DNA from: Anolis carolinensis
Taxonomy: Eukaryota
Length of the DNA stretch: 64,000 bases
Direction: 5' to 3'
Assembly: GCF_035594765.1 (NCBI RefSeq)
Contig: NC_085841.1
Span: 263,034,525 to 263,098,524 of the forward strand
The position numbers were made by a program, and so were the translations under genes. Shown piece after piece: positions 47,391 through 61,131 of this stretch. Below the pieces are notes generated by a model. It searched no databases. It saw only the letters and a list, made by a program, of their open reading frames with translations, and was not told the DNA's origin. Numbering within the stretch: the first letter of the stretch is position 1; each line of letters starts with the position of its first letter.

Positions 47391-49603
47391 TATAAACCAG
47401 GAGAGGAAAACTAGTTTGCATTTGCAGGCTATTTCCTCACTCTTTCAAGTATGTACAAGACAGAGGATGTTCAAGGGTATGGCCAAACACCTGACCTTAC
47501 AGGTGAATGTGACTACATCCAAATCACATTGTAGACTATTATTTATTTATTTATTTATTTCTCACATTTATATCCCGCCCTTCTCACCCGAAGGGACTCA
47601 GGGCGGCTTACAACAGTGGCAACAATTAGATGCCCATACAAACCAATATAAAACAGCACATAAGACAGTTAAAACTATTAAAATACATTATGAATTAAAA
47701 ATATACATTTCAAACATAAAATCAGATCAGAGACTAGAGTTTCCAGCATAGAATCCTTGCCTTCATGCACAGGAATGTGGAGTGAAGTCAAGTGGCAGAT
47801 ACTCCTGAGCACCAGCTGCTGCCAACCTTTGGGTCTGGGGAGTTTACTCCCCATTCCCAATATAGGGGAGAGTGAAGATGGGCAAAGCAGCCTGAACTTC
47901 AAACACCAGGTGCATTAATACTTCTGTGCCTGGCACCTGGGTCTTGGGAACTTGGTAACACACATATTCCCCATCCAGAGAACAGTAGCAAGAAAGACTC
48001 TTCTTTTTTAGTTCTCCTCTCAAATCAGCAATTTTGTTTTAATGAAGAAACATTATCCTCTCTATTTTGTTCCTGATAAAGGGAATAGGTGAGGGGAATA
48101 GGAAATCCCTGGTCATGGGATTTAGGGAGGGGTGGACATCTCCCAAATCGTTCCTGGGCGAGTCTATGTAAAGTCTGCAACTCTCTAAATCCCTATCCCC
48201 AGGGATTCACTATTCCCCTCACTTTCCTAAGCAGGAACAGTGCAGAGTAGAGAATTTAAAAACAGTAAGAAGCAAGGTCGTTATTCATAAATTGAATTTG
48301 TCTTTGTGTACACTGTTTTCCTAGGTTTGTAGAAATGTGTAAAGGGACATTTGGGTTGTCAGGTGAGAACTAGCCTAGGTCTAGACTTTTCAGGATGCTG
48401 TGGTACCAGACGAAGAAGATTCTCATAAGTAAACAAGGATGTTGTTATAAGGACAGCTCTAGTTTATGGTACTAAGCTTGATACCTTTGTGATCACCCGC
48501 AGATGCACAGAGAATGCCATTCAAATGCCATCTAGCAAATCAGGAACACAGAGACACCGGTTTTCAAAGCAGAGCTCTTGCCCTGAGATTGTTCACCTTA
48601 AGGATTGAAAAAGATGGTCCAGAATCTGGCCTTTGTCAACCCTAAAGAGTAGTCCAAGATTAGCATCCCCTGTTCAATGTTTATTCTCCATGGGTGAACA
48701 CATGAGCACTCCTCATATGAGGATTTCATGTTTCAATACCATATTTCACTGCATAATTGTAGAATTTTATGCCTCTTTTTGCTGGAAATAAGGGAGGTGT
48801 GACTTTTACATGAAGAAAAAAGGGCCTTGGGTTTGCTGGTTTTTTCTTCTTCTTTTAAACTATCTTGCCTCTGAAGGGAAGAGGAGGAAGGAGAGGGTGT
48901 GAGAACTCTGTTTTTTTTTTAAACATCTGTGACAATTATGTGAGGAAAGGTAAACACTCAAATTTGAGACCGAAAATAGGGGTGCGATGATTATGGGGTG
49001 ATGACCACAGTGAAATATGGTATTCTCCTGTCTAAATCAACTGAACAATCTTTTGAGATGGTAGATAGCAACAGGGAAGTTGAAGCTTGTGTCCTCTGTT
49101 TCTGGAAATACAGTGTTAGACAAATTCCCTGCAAAATTGCAAAATACAATGCCTGATGTTCCTTCTGCTGGACTTTATTCCCTCCAGCAATCAAAAAGCA
49201 TTTCACACACTGTTAATTACAGTTGCTTGGCTGTGAGCTGATCTTTCACCTTGAACTTTGGTCAAAGTAAATGTGATCTCTCTCAGACTGGCAGCACCGA
49301 GTTTCATAAGAGGGTCACTCATATATTATTCACACACAGCAATATGCCAATAATTGTTGTGTTATTAATCCTCATACATTTTGTATCTTACTCTGTATGG
49401 AGGCAAGGTTGTTGTACTTTAAAAATTACTTCTCTGTTTTCAGTTTCTATACTATAGTCTCTGTCTGGAAAGGATCTCAAAGCTCCTGTGACGTATCAAT
49501 AAAAATGAGATGACAAAAGGAAAAGGGGGGATAGGAAGACACAAAGGGAAAGAAATCTAGGTTTTAATGCTGACAAGTTATAAAGCGAACAGGTGTTTTT
49601 CTG

Positions 49604-49756
49604 AGGGCTCTTCTGGACAAATCCTATATCCCAGGATCTGATCCCAGGTTTTCTGCATTAAACTGGATTATATGAGTCCCCACTGTCAGATAATCTGGGA
49701 TAAACAAAACACCTGGGATCAGATCCAGGAAAATAGGGCCTGTCTGGAAGGACCCT
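49604..49756. mobile_element. Palindromic MITE
   Basis: ggatctgatcccaggt pairs with acctgggatcagatcc; ends agggctcttc / gaaggaccct. Confidence 0.7.
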
Positions 49757-50091
49757 TTGATTAAATGAAATAGTAACATTCTATCTTGCTTTTACAGTCC
49801 CATTCATGATGTTATCTGATGAAAACAGCACTCTCACATCCAAACGTGGAAATGTTCCTTTTTTGGACCGTAACTCTAGCCATTGTGACTCTGTAATGCA
49901 TAAGTGCTGTTCATGTTCAAAATCACTGTGGGCCATCAATAACTATAGCACAAGCCCAAGAGTCCTAATTTTGTTATCAGAGTTAATGATTAGCTGCAGT
50001 ATAATTACTCCTTCATGTTTTGTTCCTGCCAATTCTACATCTTAATTGGTTTGATTCTTGGAAGTAAGTCCTTTACTTCAGAGAGATAGTA

Positions 50092-50300
50092 CAGTGGGCT
50101 CTTGATATCTGTTGTAATTTGGTTCCTGGACACTGTGGATACTAAAATACATGGATGCTCAAGCCCCATTATACACAGTGGCATAGCAAAATGGTGTTCC
50201 TTATATAAAATGAGAAAATCAAGGTTTGCCTTTCAAATTGTTTTTAAGCCATGGATGGTTGATTCCATGGATGCAGAATCTGTTGATATGGAAGACTGGA
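50092..50300. mobile_element. Tigger-type MITE remnant (related pieces near 31670-31760 and 43515-43705)
   Basis: ggttgattccatggatgcagaatctgttgatatgga terminal motif. Confidence 0.55.
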
Positions 50301-50614
50301 CATATGTGGGTTAGGTGACTAGGTGAGCAGAATGCAGTGTGGACGTTGGTAGTGTGGACGTTCTTTTCTCAAATAGAAGGATGAGGAGGTGCAAAATTGA
50401 ATTCCTGAAGAATGACCAAAATGGAATCCAGGAGTCTGTACTGGTTTTACAACAGACATCATGTAATGACTAAGTAGTATAATGGAAGAAGGTGAATGTG
50501 TTCTTCTCCTGTTGTTAGACACACTTCCCTCTGCTGAATGGTGGAAACCACAGGGGAAAGGACCATGTGATTTTTATTGAGGCTTGAAATAACTGTTTTG
50601 CATGGCAGCAATGA

Positions 50615-50615
50615 C

Positions 50616-50687
<72 letters not shown>
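50615..50687. repeat. (AG)n microsatellite
   Basis: Direct reading. Confidence 0.97.
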
Positions 50688-50690
<3 letters not shown>

Positions 50691-52816
50691 AGGGGAAAGA
50701 ACTGCCTTTAGTGAACCCTTGTAGTGCCCAGGATTGCATTGTTGCCTTTCTCAGAGTGCTACATGTTATCGCTATAAGCCATACAAAAATAGCCCATTCA
50801 TGCAAACCTCAGGGCTGAGATAGCATGAATGCCATGATATGACTGCTGGGTGTTTTCTTAACCAGGGCAACAGGTTTAGAGCTGTGCTGGGAATTAATAC
50901 AAGTGTAATCATGCTTAGCTAGCTAGTTTTCTTCTCCCTGTAGAATGCTGCATTTCTGGCTCTGACCTCAAGACAGCCGTTCAACAATGCAGTGTGGAAA
51001 GATGAAACTAAGAAAGCCCCATCATGCATGTTTCCTTAAAGCCTAAGAATGTTTTAAATAGGCATCATTATTGGCCAGGCAGGTCAGGGAGCCAAGACCG
51101 ATAGCCTGAGGTTAGTGCTAAGATTATTGTTAAATATTATTTAATTGTTGATCCAGTGTTGCCTCTGTATGGAATATAATATGAGATTACTGACTGCTTA
51201 TATGTCCATTGACCTAACCAAACATAAGAGAGCAGACTGGTAGGGAACATGATTATTATTACATTTACTTATAACCCTGCCTTTTCGCCAAAGACTCAGA
51301 GGTTAAAAGAGATACAGATACAACTATTAATTTCATTTTATAAAAAAATCAAAGTATAATTAAATTAGCAATAGAATTATAAGCAGCTACAGATAAGACC
51401 ATTAAAAAGAAAATTACCATTCTACATTCTGAAGCGTGCTTTTCTCCCTGAGAATCTGTCATCAAAGACAAAGTAAAACAAAAAAAAACTCTTCACCTGC
51501 CTATGAAAGGATAGCAAGGAACAGGTCAGTCCAGTCTCTAGAGAGGGAGTTCCAGAGTCTGGAAGAAACTGCTGAGAAGCCCTCTCTGTGTTCGCTGCAG
51601 ATGTGCCGATGGAAGCTGGTGAGACAGAAACAATATTTCAAAACACAGGCAGGCTGTCTTGGTAGAATACGGTCCTTCAAATAAAATGGACCTGGACTGC
51701 TTAAGGCACTACTAAGAGTGTGCTTATAACCGTATGACAGAATTGAATGTGACTGACCCAGGCATTTGCAGCTTACAAAAATTAAAACAGATACAGATAC
51801 TACTATTAAATTCATATAACACAAAATCTAGGCCATTGGAGCTGAATCTGATTCTCCCAGAACTGCTCTCTGCCTGCCTGGGCTTTTTGGAAGAACATTC
51901 CTTCTTCCACATGAGGGAGGATGCCATGTTTGGTGATGTCCCCATTGTTTTACTCCCCTCTGCCTATTCAGAAAGATTGAAATTATTCTCCTCAGGTGTT
52001 CAGTAACTGGCAATAAAACTTTAAGCTCAGAGAGGGTGGTATTTTTTGTTCCCACCCATTTGCTCTTGGGTCTGCCCACCACTGGAATGCAGTTCCTCAA
52101 GAACTTCTCTAAAAGAATTATTTGTCCCACACATTTTTTTTCTTGAGTGATGTGGTTGTGTGGATGGAGTAACCTTGGTTGATTCTGCTGTTTTCCACAT
52201 CTGTTGTCCATGCTACTATGCCACCAATACAGTAAGTCCATGAGCAGATGTGATCCATGCAATCTCCATCAAGCTAGTTGTGTCGATAGCTAGAAAAAGA
52301 ATTGGGAGGGGATGAAACCTTTCTTTCCAAGATGACTTTTGAGGTCAGTGTCTCTTGGTCTGGTATGAGATCTCAACAAGGCCCTGAAATTACCATCATT
52401 GTGCAAAGATTCTTCACAGGTAATAGATCCTGAATCATTGCTCCCTCTTTAAGCCAGTTCTTGTTGGTCACAAAGGATAATAGTTTCCATAATTGGCAGA
52501 AGTTTCTTTCTGTTTTCTTCTGCTTTCTTCTTTCTGAAAGGTTTTGCGGGTGGTTTGAACCCCTAAACTGCCCCTTGGCTATGGGCTTGATCTCCACTTT
52601 ACATGGAATTCAACTAGTTTCTTCTTATTAGCTACATCTATCTCATGCATTTCTTTTGTTGACTGGTGTATTTCCCTCCCCTCCCTTTGTAGTGGGCCTG
52701 TTGGTTTTGATATAAGAGGGTGGTGAATCTAATGTGGGAATTTAGGCTGAATGTTAAAGGAACTGTCCAACATGCTGAACCTTACCCCCAGAACAGATTC
52801 CACACGTTGGGAAATA

Positions 52817-53139
52817 CAGTAGAGTCTCACTTATCCAACACTCGCTTATCCAAAGTTCTGGATTATCCAACGTATTTTTGTAATCAATGTTTTCAATACG
52901 TTGTGATATTTTGGTGCTAAATTTGTAAATACAGTAATTACTATGTAGCATTACTGCGTATTGAACTACTTTTTCTGTCAAATTTGTTGTATAACATGAT
53001 GTTTTGGTGCTTAATTTGTAAAATCATAACCTAATTTGGTGTTTAATAGGCTTTTCCTGAATCTCTCCTTATTATCCAACATATTTGCTTATCCAACGTT
53101 CTGCCGGCCCGTTTATGTTGGATAAGTGAGACTCTACTG
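52817..53139. mobile_element. Tc1/mariner-type MITE (copy 3)
   Basis: Same TIRs and TA TSD as 2973-3295. Confidence 0.92.
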
Positions 53140-53298
53140 TACCTTTAAAGTTTACATTAACTCTCAGACCAGATTCACTGTCTTTCCAACATGGAATGCA
53201 CTAGCCACTGCCATCTCTCATGACAAGCTTCTGGCCTCTCCAACTTTAATGAGTACTATGCAATTTAAGTTCTCCCTGTGTATTTCCCCCCATTCTAG

Positions 53299-53460
53299 CA
53301 TTTAGCCACCTTCATCATGGATAAAAGTGAAGCCATTGTGACGGTGGATGATGCCATCAGGAAGCTAAAACAGCTTAACTCCAAAGAGAAGATCTGGGCA
53401 CAAGAGATGCTGTTGCAAGTGAACGACAAATCTATTCGACTGCTGGACTGTGAAACTCAG
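53299..53460 (+). CDS. EPS8L2: EPS8L2 PTB-domain exon ([54 protein letters not shown])
   Basis: Acceptor ttctag, donor cag|gtgagc, 162 nt, phase 0/0; EPS8-family PTB sequence. Confidence 0.97.
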
Positions 53461-54594
53461 GTGAGCAGCAAACCATCACCTTCAGAAGAAGGTAGAAGAA
53501 GTATAGTATTTAATGCCTGCTTATATTTAAGGAATCCATTGCATATTTTTTCTCATTCAACTGAATAACTGCAGCAGGTTTCTACAAGGGTTTTAAGCTG
53601 GACCAAATTAATGCAACCATAACAAAAGATGAAAAGTAGATTGATTTCAGTGTGTGTACGTGTGGGACAAGTCTGTTGCCTGTGCTATTTCTGTCCCTAC
53701 AAAGGGCTGACCTAATCAAGCCACCAGATGAATTAGATGTTAATGGAAATACATTCTGCTCCACAGAAGCACTTTGTGCCAGTTTATTGGCATTAGAGTG
53801 GTGTTAAAAGGCATAGACTATATTTGGAGTGTCACTTGGAAATACTTGATTGGAAGGATTTTTGTAAAGTAACAGAAGAGGTGGGTGGTTAATTCTGTTT
53901 TTCCAAACATGACCTCACATAGTTCTGTTGTATAATTAAGAACAAAACACTGGTGCTCTGGTAAGGCAAATTAAAGATGAAACAAGAAGAAAAGGAATCA
54001 ATCTTGTTAAATGAGATGGAATTATTTGGTCAAGATTACTAAATCACATCACCACCTCCTAGTCAAAAAAGTATTGTGGAGAATCTTGTTTTGGAATGAA
54101 GGTCATGATTCTAGTTGTCAACTTAACGGTTTAATCTCCCTTCAATCTGCCTTCCAAATTGGTTTGATTTGGAGATGGGAATCCATCACATCTGGAGGAT
54201 ATCAGAATATATTATTCATTTAGACAAGCTATTTGGCTGTATTTGCAGACAAAGAAGTAATATATAGGGTTAAGGAATTTACTGTGTGCTGTTTCCCATA
54301 CATTTGAGTAACAGCAATAGACTTCTTCAGAGATATTAAGATGAATTAAATTATGTGAGATTACAGGTGGAATTGAGCAGTTTTGTAGGTCTCCTTACAA
54401 AAAGACTGTGCTGGGTGGGAATCATTTGGTCCATCTCCCTCATGTGAGCATAGCAGCTACTATTTAAAGTAAAAATGGGAGCGAATCAAATTCTATTGTA
54501 TTCATTGTCTCCTTCCTTAAATGATTGTTACAATGACCGAATGCTGCTTGCCACCCAAAATTGTTTTCATACTCTTGTTGATGTTGCCTTTCAG

Positions 54595-54744
54595 GAAGAG
54601 CTAGAAGACTTCCTTCTGCCAACAGTCCAGCATTGCCAAACTGTGCTGAATCAGATGCGGTACTCATCCATACTCCTGCTGGTCTGTCAGGACTCGGAGC
54701 AGCACAAGCCTGACATTCATTTCTTTAACTGCGATGAGGTGGAG
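54595..54744 (+). CDS. EPS8L2: EPS8L2 PTB-domain exon ([15 protein letters not shown]...HFFNCDEVE)
   Basis: Acceptor tttcag, donor gag|gtaaac, 150 nt; contains [18 protein letters not shown], typical of the EPS8 family. Confidence 0.97.
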
Positions 54745-55734
54745 GTAAACAGAGATCATCTAAGCCTCACTGGATGGGAAGGGAGGTAATGGAGGAAACA
54801 CTCTTCTGGCAGCAAAACTCTGGCTTCCATGGAGAACCCTTTTGCTTGCCCAGAACGGCAGCCATGGGTCCTGCATGAAGGCTCCAGCGAAGCTTATGTA
54901 GGCATTTTGTGCAGATTGTTACAGAAGGATTTCTCAGTCTGTGACAGGGGCAAAGTGTGGCCCAAAAGCCACATATGGCACCCAGGACTAGTGTGGCACA
55001 TATGGCACCCAGCCTCACTCCCACCCCATTTTCAAAAAAAGCAAAATTTTGCTCTGAGATGTCTTCAAATGATCTTCAAGAGTTCAAGAGTTATACAAAG
55101 TCCACCTGGACTCCTGAGAAGTAAAAAAAAAAACATTCCAAAGGCCCCAAAATGCTTTTTAGGGGACCTAGAATGCCCCTTGATCTTTAGATGGCCTTTG
55201 GGGGTAAGAATATTATAATGGGAGGGAACAGAATGGGGGATGTAGCCCTCCAAACTCCCTGTGACATTAATATTGCCCCTTAGTCTTCCTCAGAAGCTAT
55301 GTAAGTAAACTTGAAAGAATAAGGGCTTTTAACCCTTAACTGAAGAACATCTCTTACAGCTATTGTGTTTTTTTAAACTTTTACATGAATTTGCCAATAA
55401 TTTTTTAAATGCTATAAATAGCCATATGTAACGGAGATGTTGTAGACATATATGTGTCTCTGTTTATCTTATAATTGTTATGTAATATATAACCATAAAG
55501 TAAAAATACACAAGTCTGGTGGCTGCTAGAGGCTGAAGGTCCAAATTCAATGTGACAGGAAACTGATACAATGCACCATTGAATTAATGACTTGCCAGTC
55601 CACAACATTTGGGAATTCTTCACTCTGTAGTCATATGATATTGTTTTCAGTGTCTCTGTAGCTTTAATATTTTTTATATACCAGATATCTGCATGTTGCT
55701 GCTAGAGTGATTTCTCCAAAAGGAAAGAATATGC

Positions 55735-56320
55735 TTATGTGCACCTTCAAATTGCCTGCCAACTTATAGTGACCCCATAAACTTTATAGGATTTTCTTTG
55801 GCAAGGAATATTCTGAGATGGTTTTGCCAGTTCCTTTTTCTGAAATAGAGCCAACATCCAAGAACTGATCAGAAATGACTCTGTTTAGCTTCAAGATCAG
55901 ATGGGATCCGGTGCCTTTAGGGCAGGGTCCCCAAACTAAGGCCCATGGACCAGATGCAGCTCTCCAAAGCCATTAACCTAGGCCCTACCCTAAACTTTAG
56001 ATTTAGGGTTACCCTAAGTCTGAAACGACTTGAAGACACACAGCAACAACAATCCTAATTAACTTGATTATCTCAGCACTCAAAAGCAGGTCCACACTCC
56101 CCATTGAAACACATACAAGTTTATGTTGGTTAAAATTGTTCTTCATTTTAAATATTATCTTCTTTCTTTTTTTTGCGCTACAAATAAGATATGTGCAGTG
56201 TGCATAGGAATCCCTTTCAAGTTTTTTTTCAAACTACAGTCCATCCCCCCCAAAAGTCTGAGGGATCATGAACCAGGCCTCAGCTTAAAAGGTTTGAGGA
56301 CCCCTGATTTAGGGTATTTG
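55735..56320 (-). mobile_element. 5S-derived SINE with a hAT MITE inserted in its head
   Basis: tgtttagcttcaagatcagatgggatccggtgcctttaggg..tattt is the 5S-like head, split at 55922/56307. Confidence 0.65.
55923..56306. mobile_element. hAT MITE
   Basis: TIR cagggtccccaaac / gtttgaggacccctg; 8-bp TSD ctttaggg / atttaggg. Confidence 0.85.
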
Positions 56321-57146
56321 AGCCACAAAAGTATATGTATAAGAAGAGTATTAAAACAGCCGGGTACTAATATTATAAAAGAGAAAACCTTTTCCCTGTC
56401 CACTTTCTCCACATCACACATCTCCATACCTGTGTTACACCCATCTATTCTCATATGTGCACACATTGTGTGCTCCCTACAGTGTTTGTATTTCCTTCAG
56501 CTCGCAATACTAAGAACTGAAACAATAACATTGCGAAGTTGCTCCTAGGTTGTAAAGAGGGGAAGAGGAATTGATGGCATTGCAAAATGCCAGCTTACCA
56601 GTGCCCTCCAGAGGCAGATTTTCTCCAGCTGAGCTTCATTGTGTAACAGATATGAAGAACTATTTTCAGAATTAGGGTTTTCTTTAGAGCTCCTCTTGGA
56701 AGGGAAACAGTCCTATATACAGAGCAACCAGACTGCTTTTCCTGCATGACGGGTTGGACTAGTTTCTTCCAACTCTATGATTCTATGAAACGACATCTGT
56801 CATTCATTGTATATTTTCTGCATGAGCTGTAAAACATGGAAGCTTCACAGCTTTTCTTTACACAAGACTAGAGGCAAACTCATCTACAAAATACTTTTAG
56901 CACCTCATTAATCGAGTGTAGTTCAATGAAATAAAATCCCTGAAACACATTGTGCCTGCTTTTAAACTAAAATTATTGTTTCTGACAATGAAAGGAAGGT
57001 ATGTGTTGTATAATACGTCACCTTGCTTGAATGAAACCTGTGTTTGGAAGACAGAATAATAATTTGCATCTTTACATTTGTCTCTTTTCTGCCACCTGTC
57101 CTTTTCATTTCTCAGAACTCCCTGATTTTTGTTTCCTTTTGTTTAG

Positions 57147-57226
57147 GCAGAGATGGTTCATGAGGACATAGAAAGTGCACTTGCCGACCATAAATTTGGG
57201 AAGAAGGTACGACCGCAGACACTCAA
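57147..57226 (+). CDS. EPS8L2: EPS8L2 exon (AEMVHEDIESALADHKFGKKVRPQTL K/)
   Basis: Acceptor gtttag, donor aa|gtaagt; matches EPS8L2 AELVHEDIESALAD..GKKMRPQTLK. Confidence 0.96.
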
Positions 57227-58975
57227 GTAAGTGGCTGCTGGAGACAGGCAGTCTCCACCTTGTGGGAAGAGGCATTGCTAGTTGCAACACAGCATAGAAG
57301 TCTCCTAGGCTCATGACCCGCCCTGAGTTTAATTTTCTGATCCATTTGAGAGCTACTGAAGGTTTAGATGTGTATTCTACAGATGAGCTCATTAGAATTA
57401 ATGACAAGCAAAATTATGTATAAACTTATGCAATTTGGAATGAGGAAAGCAAAATAAAAGGGAGCTGTGTCATGAATTTCCTATGGCTGCCAAAACTGCT
57501 CTTTGCCCCAGGGATTTATCCCTGATGTACTCTAATCCGAAAGACATGAGTCATCCTCAGGTCCCAATAACAGAGGCAACGGGAACTCTCATACAGCACC
57601 ATCATTGTACTGGAATCAATTGTTTGATGTCATTCAACCAGATGTCATGGTTCATGTATATTTTCTCACTTCTGCTGTTGGGACATAGAACTTTAATGAA
57701 TGAGTTTTATAGGGAATTTCACTTGTTCAACTTTAGTTGAGGTTTTGGTGTAATTGTGTCCCAATCTTTTTTGGTAATGTTCAAGTAGGGAGATTATTTA
57801 GGCAGACCGACACTACTGCATCCTTGGAGGCAGTAGCTGAAGGAAATTACTTGGTATCCACAGAGCTTGGAAGTAAGAAATGATAGCTTTCCAACACCTG
57901 TTACTTTGGGAAGCTAGTAAAGAAAAAGGAAGTCCGATTTCAAAAGTAAGGCAATAAGTAAGAGTAAAGTTACTTTATTTGTGTACTTGTTTCCTGCTAC
58001 TTTTACAAGTAATTTTTAAAGGATGTTTTAGAAGCATTTTGACACAGAAATGTTTCTGATTAGATAACATTCTCTTCAATTTCAAGTTTTTCCTGTAAAA
58101 GTGTAATGGAAAGCAATAGAAAAGTAGCAAACAGATCAGTAAACAACACAGTATGTTGCCTTTTCAACATTGTATGCATATTCCTACCACTGAATTAGTA
58201 TGAGGACTTGTCCTTGTCCTGTACAGGCAAATAATGTTATGGCTGCTGTCCCAGTTTCCTTTTAGGTGGATTAAAGATCCCAGGTCATCTGCTATGGTTC
58301 CATGAAGTAGAGATAGTGCTAAAGAGATTTTTTTCAAATAGCTGGGAACCTCTCTGACTTGGATCCTTACATAAATCGACTTAAGATAGTTCAAGGAAGT
58401 TAACTTCCCATTCATTTTCTCCTCTCTCCATCCAGCATCTCCATTAAAAAGTTACTCTTGATTGTTAGGAGGATTTCCTGAACAATTTGGTGTGGGATGT
58501 TGGTTGATAGGCAGCTACTGGGTGAGAGCAATTTGCCCCAAATAAAGCAGGGTTATCAAAACCAGTTAGTATATAAGTATTCATGGAGCTCTCTTCTCCT
58601 GGCAGCCACCTCCCCACATTATTCAGAAGGGATCTGACCTTCATGAAAAACTTCAGGGATTCAGCAGTGAGGCAGGAGGGACAGGAAACATTATTCTACT
58701 AATGTCCTCAGATTAAATTATTAGGATCCTATTTTTAAGTGAGGTATCTATTCCCATAAATGTCATAGGATTTTTAAGGCAAGGAGTATATGGAGGTGGT
58801 TTTGTCCGTTTCCTCTACAGCACCTGATATTTGTTGATGGAAGATCACCAATGAATACTTAGTGATGTGAGCTATATTTCAGAGGAAAGACCTGATAAAA
58901 CGACCTCGGAATATCCCTTGCCTAAGAAAGCACTATGAAATTCATGGGGTCACCATATGTTGACACACCCACACC

Positions 58976-59450
58976 AATATCAGTCATCAAGTGTAAGGAT
59001 ATATCACATGATACTAATATTAGGATCATCCATACCAGAGTATTTCCTGTTTCTATGTAAGGATATAAAATATGGACAATGAGGACAGCTGGCAGGAATA
59101 AGATCAACTCATTTGAAATGTGATGCTGAAAGAGGATTCTACATATACCATGGACTACCAAAATGACAAATACATGGATAGGAAAATAAATCAAGTTTGG
59201 ATTTTCACTAAAAGCCAATAACAGGATCTTGTAGTGGCTGTCATTCTTTAGGCATCTTGTGAGATGTCATGAGTCATTATAAAGTTGGTTGCAAAAAAAA
59301 GGAGAATTCACTACCTGTGAATTGATTCAAGCAAGAAAGCCAAGAAATTGAGCTTGTAAAACCTGAGCAGGGCTTTTGATAACAGGGTATCTTGGATGTC
59401 TTTCAGTCATAGGTTTGCCATAAGTTGAAGCCAACTTGATGGCTGTTGGA
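58976..59450 (+). mobile_element. Degenerate BovB/RTE LINE 3' fragment
   Basis: Hand translation gives VFPVSM*GYKIWT..KINSFEM*C*KRILHIPWT, matching the RTE motif VFPV.MYGCE.WT..IDAFE.WCWRR.LR.PWT. Confidence 0.7.
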
Positions 59451-61131
59451 TGTTGCAGATGTAAATAAATAGAAGCTTTACCATGGCTTCTGAACCAAAA
59501 TTTACCCTGCAGTATAATAACGTGCCACTCAGGTTTGTGAAATAAGTAACTGTAACTTTACTTCAGTTCAATAGGTCAAACAGAGCAGCAATATATACAG
59601 TAGTCTCTCTGGCTTCTTACAGAGAACAGAGGGAATAAACAGTTCTTTTAAATCAGTCTTCAAATATGTTTCATTGCCTTAGAAATGATCAGGTTTCAGA
59701 GAGTCGGCAGCCATTAATTCCCTAGCTGTTACCACTTCTCTCTCTGGGGTAAAAGTGCCTGCTCAGCAGCAAGCCAGAGACAGTAGCAAATCAGAATGTT
59801 GGCTCTTGGCACGCTTAGCCAATCAGTTGCTGACACTTGTCTTTCCAGTCAACCCATTACATCATGGTGCCTTTTACAAATCCCCACAATGGCAAATAAA
59901 AAGTTATATAAGCCATGCAACTTGAGAGGGAAAGGCAGAGAGATGAGAGATGCTAATGCTTTTATGTTAAGTTGCTTTGAGTCTCCTTTGGGAGAGATAA
60001 AGCAGGATATTAATAATAATAATAATAATAATGCAAATATTACATTTTTTTGAAGCTGAAGACATTGGGGGAAAATGTTTTGCTGGGATTAGATGGGACT
60101 AGATGTATAGGCAAACTGCCCTCTAGAGATCTGTTTGCTTCCACTTAGACTGCATGTGTCCATTTGTAAACCATGTAAATGTTATCAGGACGCTGGATAA
60201 ACCTTCAATGTTCTGTAATCCCAAGCAAATTAAACATGGGAAACCTCTATCTGGAATTTGTCACCACTTAGGTTTGCAGGTAGTGCATAAAAATATTACT
60301 GTGTCCAGCACTAGCAACCTAGTCAGGTAGAGCACTGAAAATGTTATTAAGGACTACACTAAAAGTGTTGAGTGTAGAGTTGAGGTCAATTTCAGGACTC
60401 TCTGCAAGCATAGAAAAGAAATGAGTTCAATAACAGAGCTCAGGATTAGAGAGAATCATGTAAGTACATAGATAATACCCCAATGAAACTGTAGAAGTCA
60501 CAAGAATATCCACATAAGATTTCCAGCAGCAGATTCCGTAGCCTATGGGATTTTTCTACACTGTACCTCCACCCCAACTGCTTTTTTTGTTGCAGAAGCA
60601 AACAGTTCATATTTACTGAACTATAAGAAAACCAGGATAGTGTAGTGGTTTGAGCATTGGATTGTAGCTCTGGAGACTAGGGTTTTATTTCCTGCTTAGC
60701 CATGAAAGCCCACTGGATGACTTTGAGCAAGTCACATACTCTCAGTCCCAGAAAACCCTATGATAGGGTCACCATAAATTGGAAACAACTTGAGGGCACA
60801 CAAAAACAATATTGTGAATTCAATTAGACATAGCTTTGATTTGTACCTTTTTCATAATGTATGAAAATCTATTTATTTTGCATAATTTATATGCATGTAA
60901 ACACTTACATTTTTCAACCCATTAACCTATGCAGTTGGCTGCGAATCTTATCATGGGATGTCCTATTGGGTCAGGGTTATGCTCTACAGTTTACCAGTTG
61001 TGATCTTCTTTTAGGAAAACTTAATAAAATAAAATACAAAGGAGAATAACATTAAATTCATTTGATCTACTTCAGCTAAGCCAGTCATTCGAATCTTCTG
61101 ATAATTCAATATACTGCTGCTTCCTCTACAG

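Noticed and set aside
47287-47751. 154-aa ORF with poly-Ala/Thr
   Set aside because: Built from microsatellite and LINE tail sequence.
48860-48956. Possible alternative EPS8L2 first exon ending aag|gtaaac
   Set aside because: A donor-like word alone is too common; no other support.
51828-52262. 144-aa minus-strand ORF
   Set aside because: No recognisable domain; intronic and antisense to EPS8L2.
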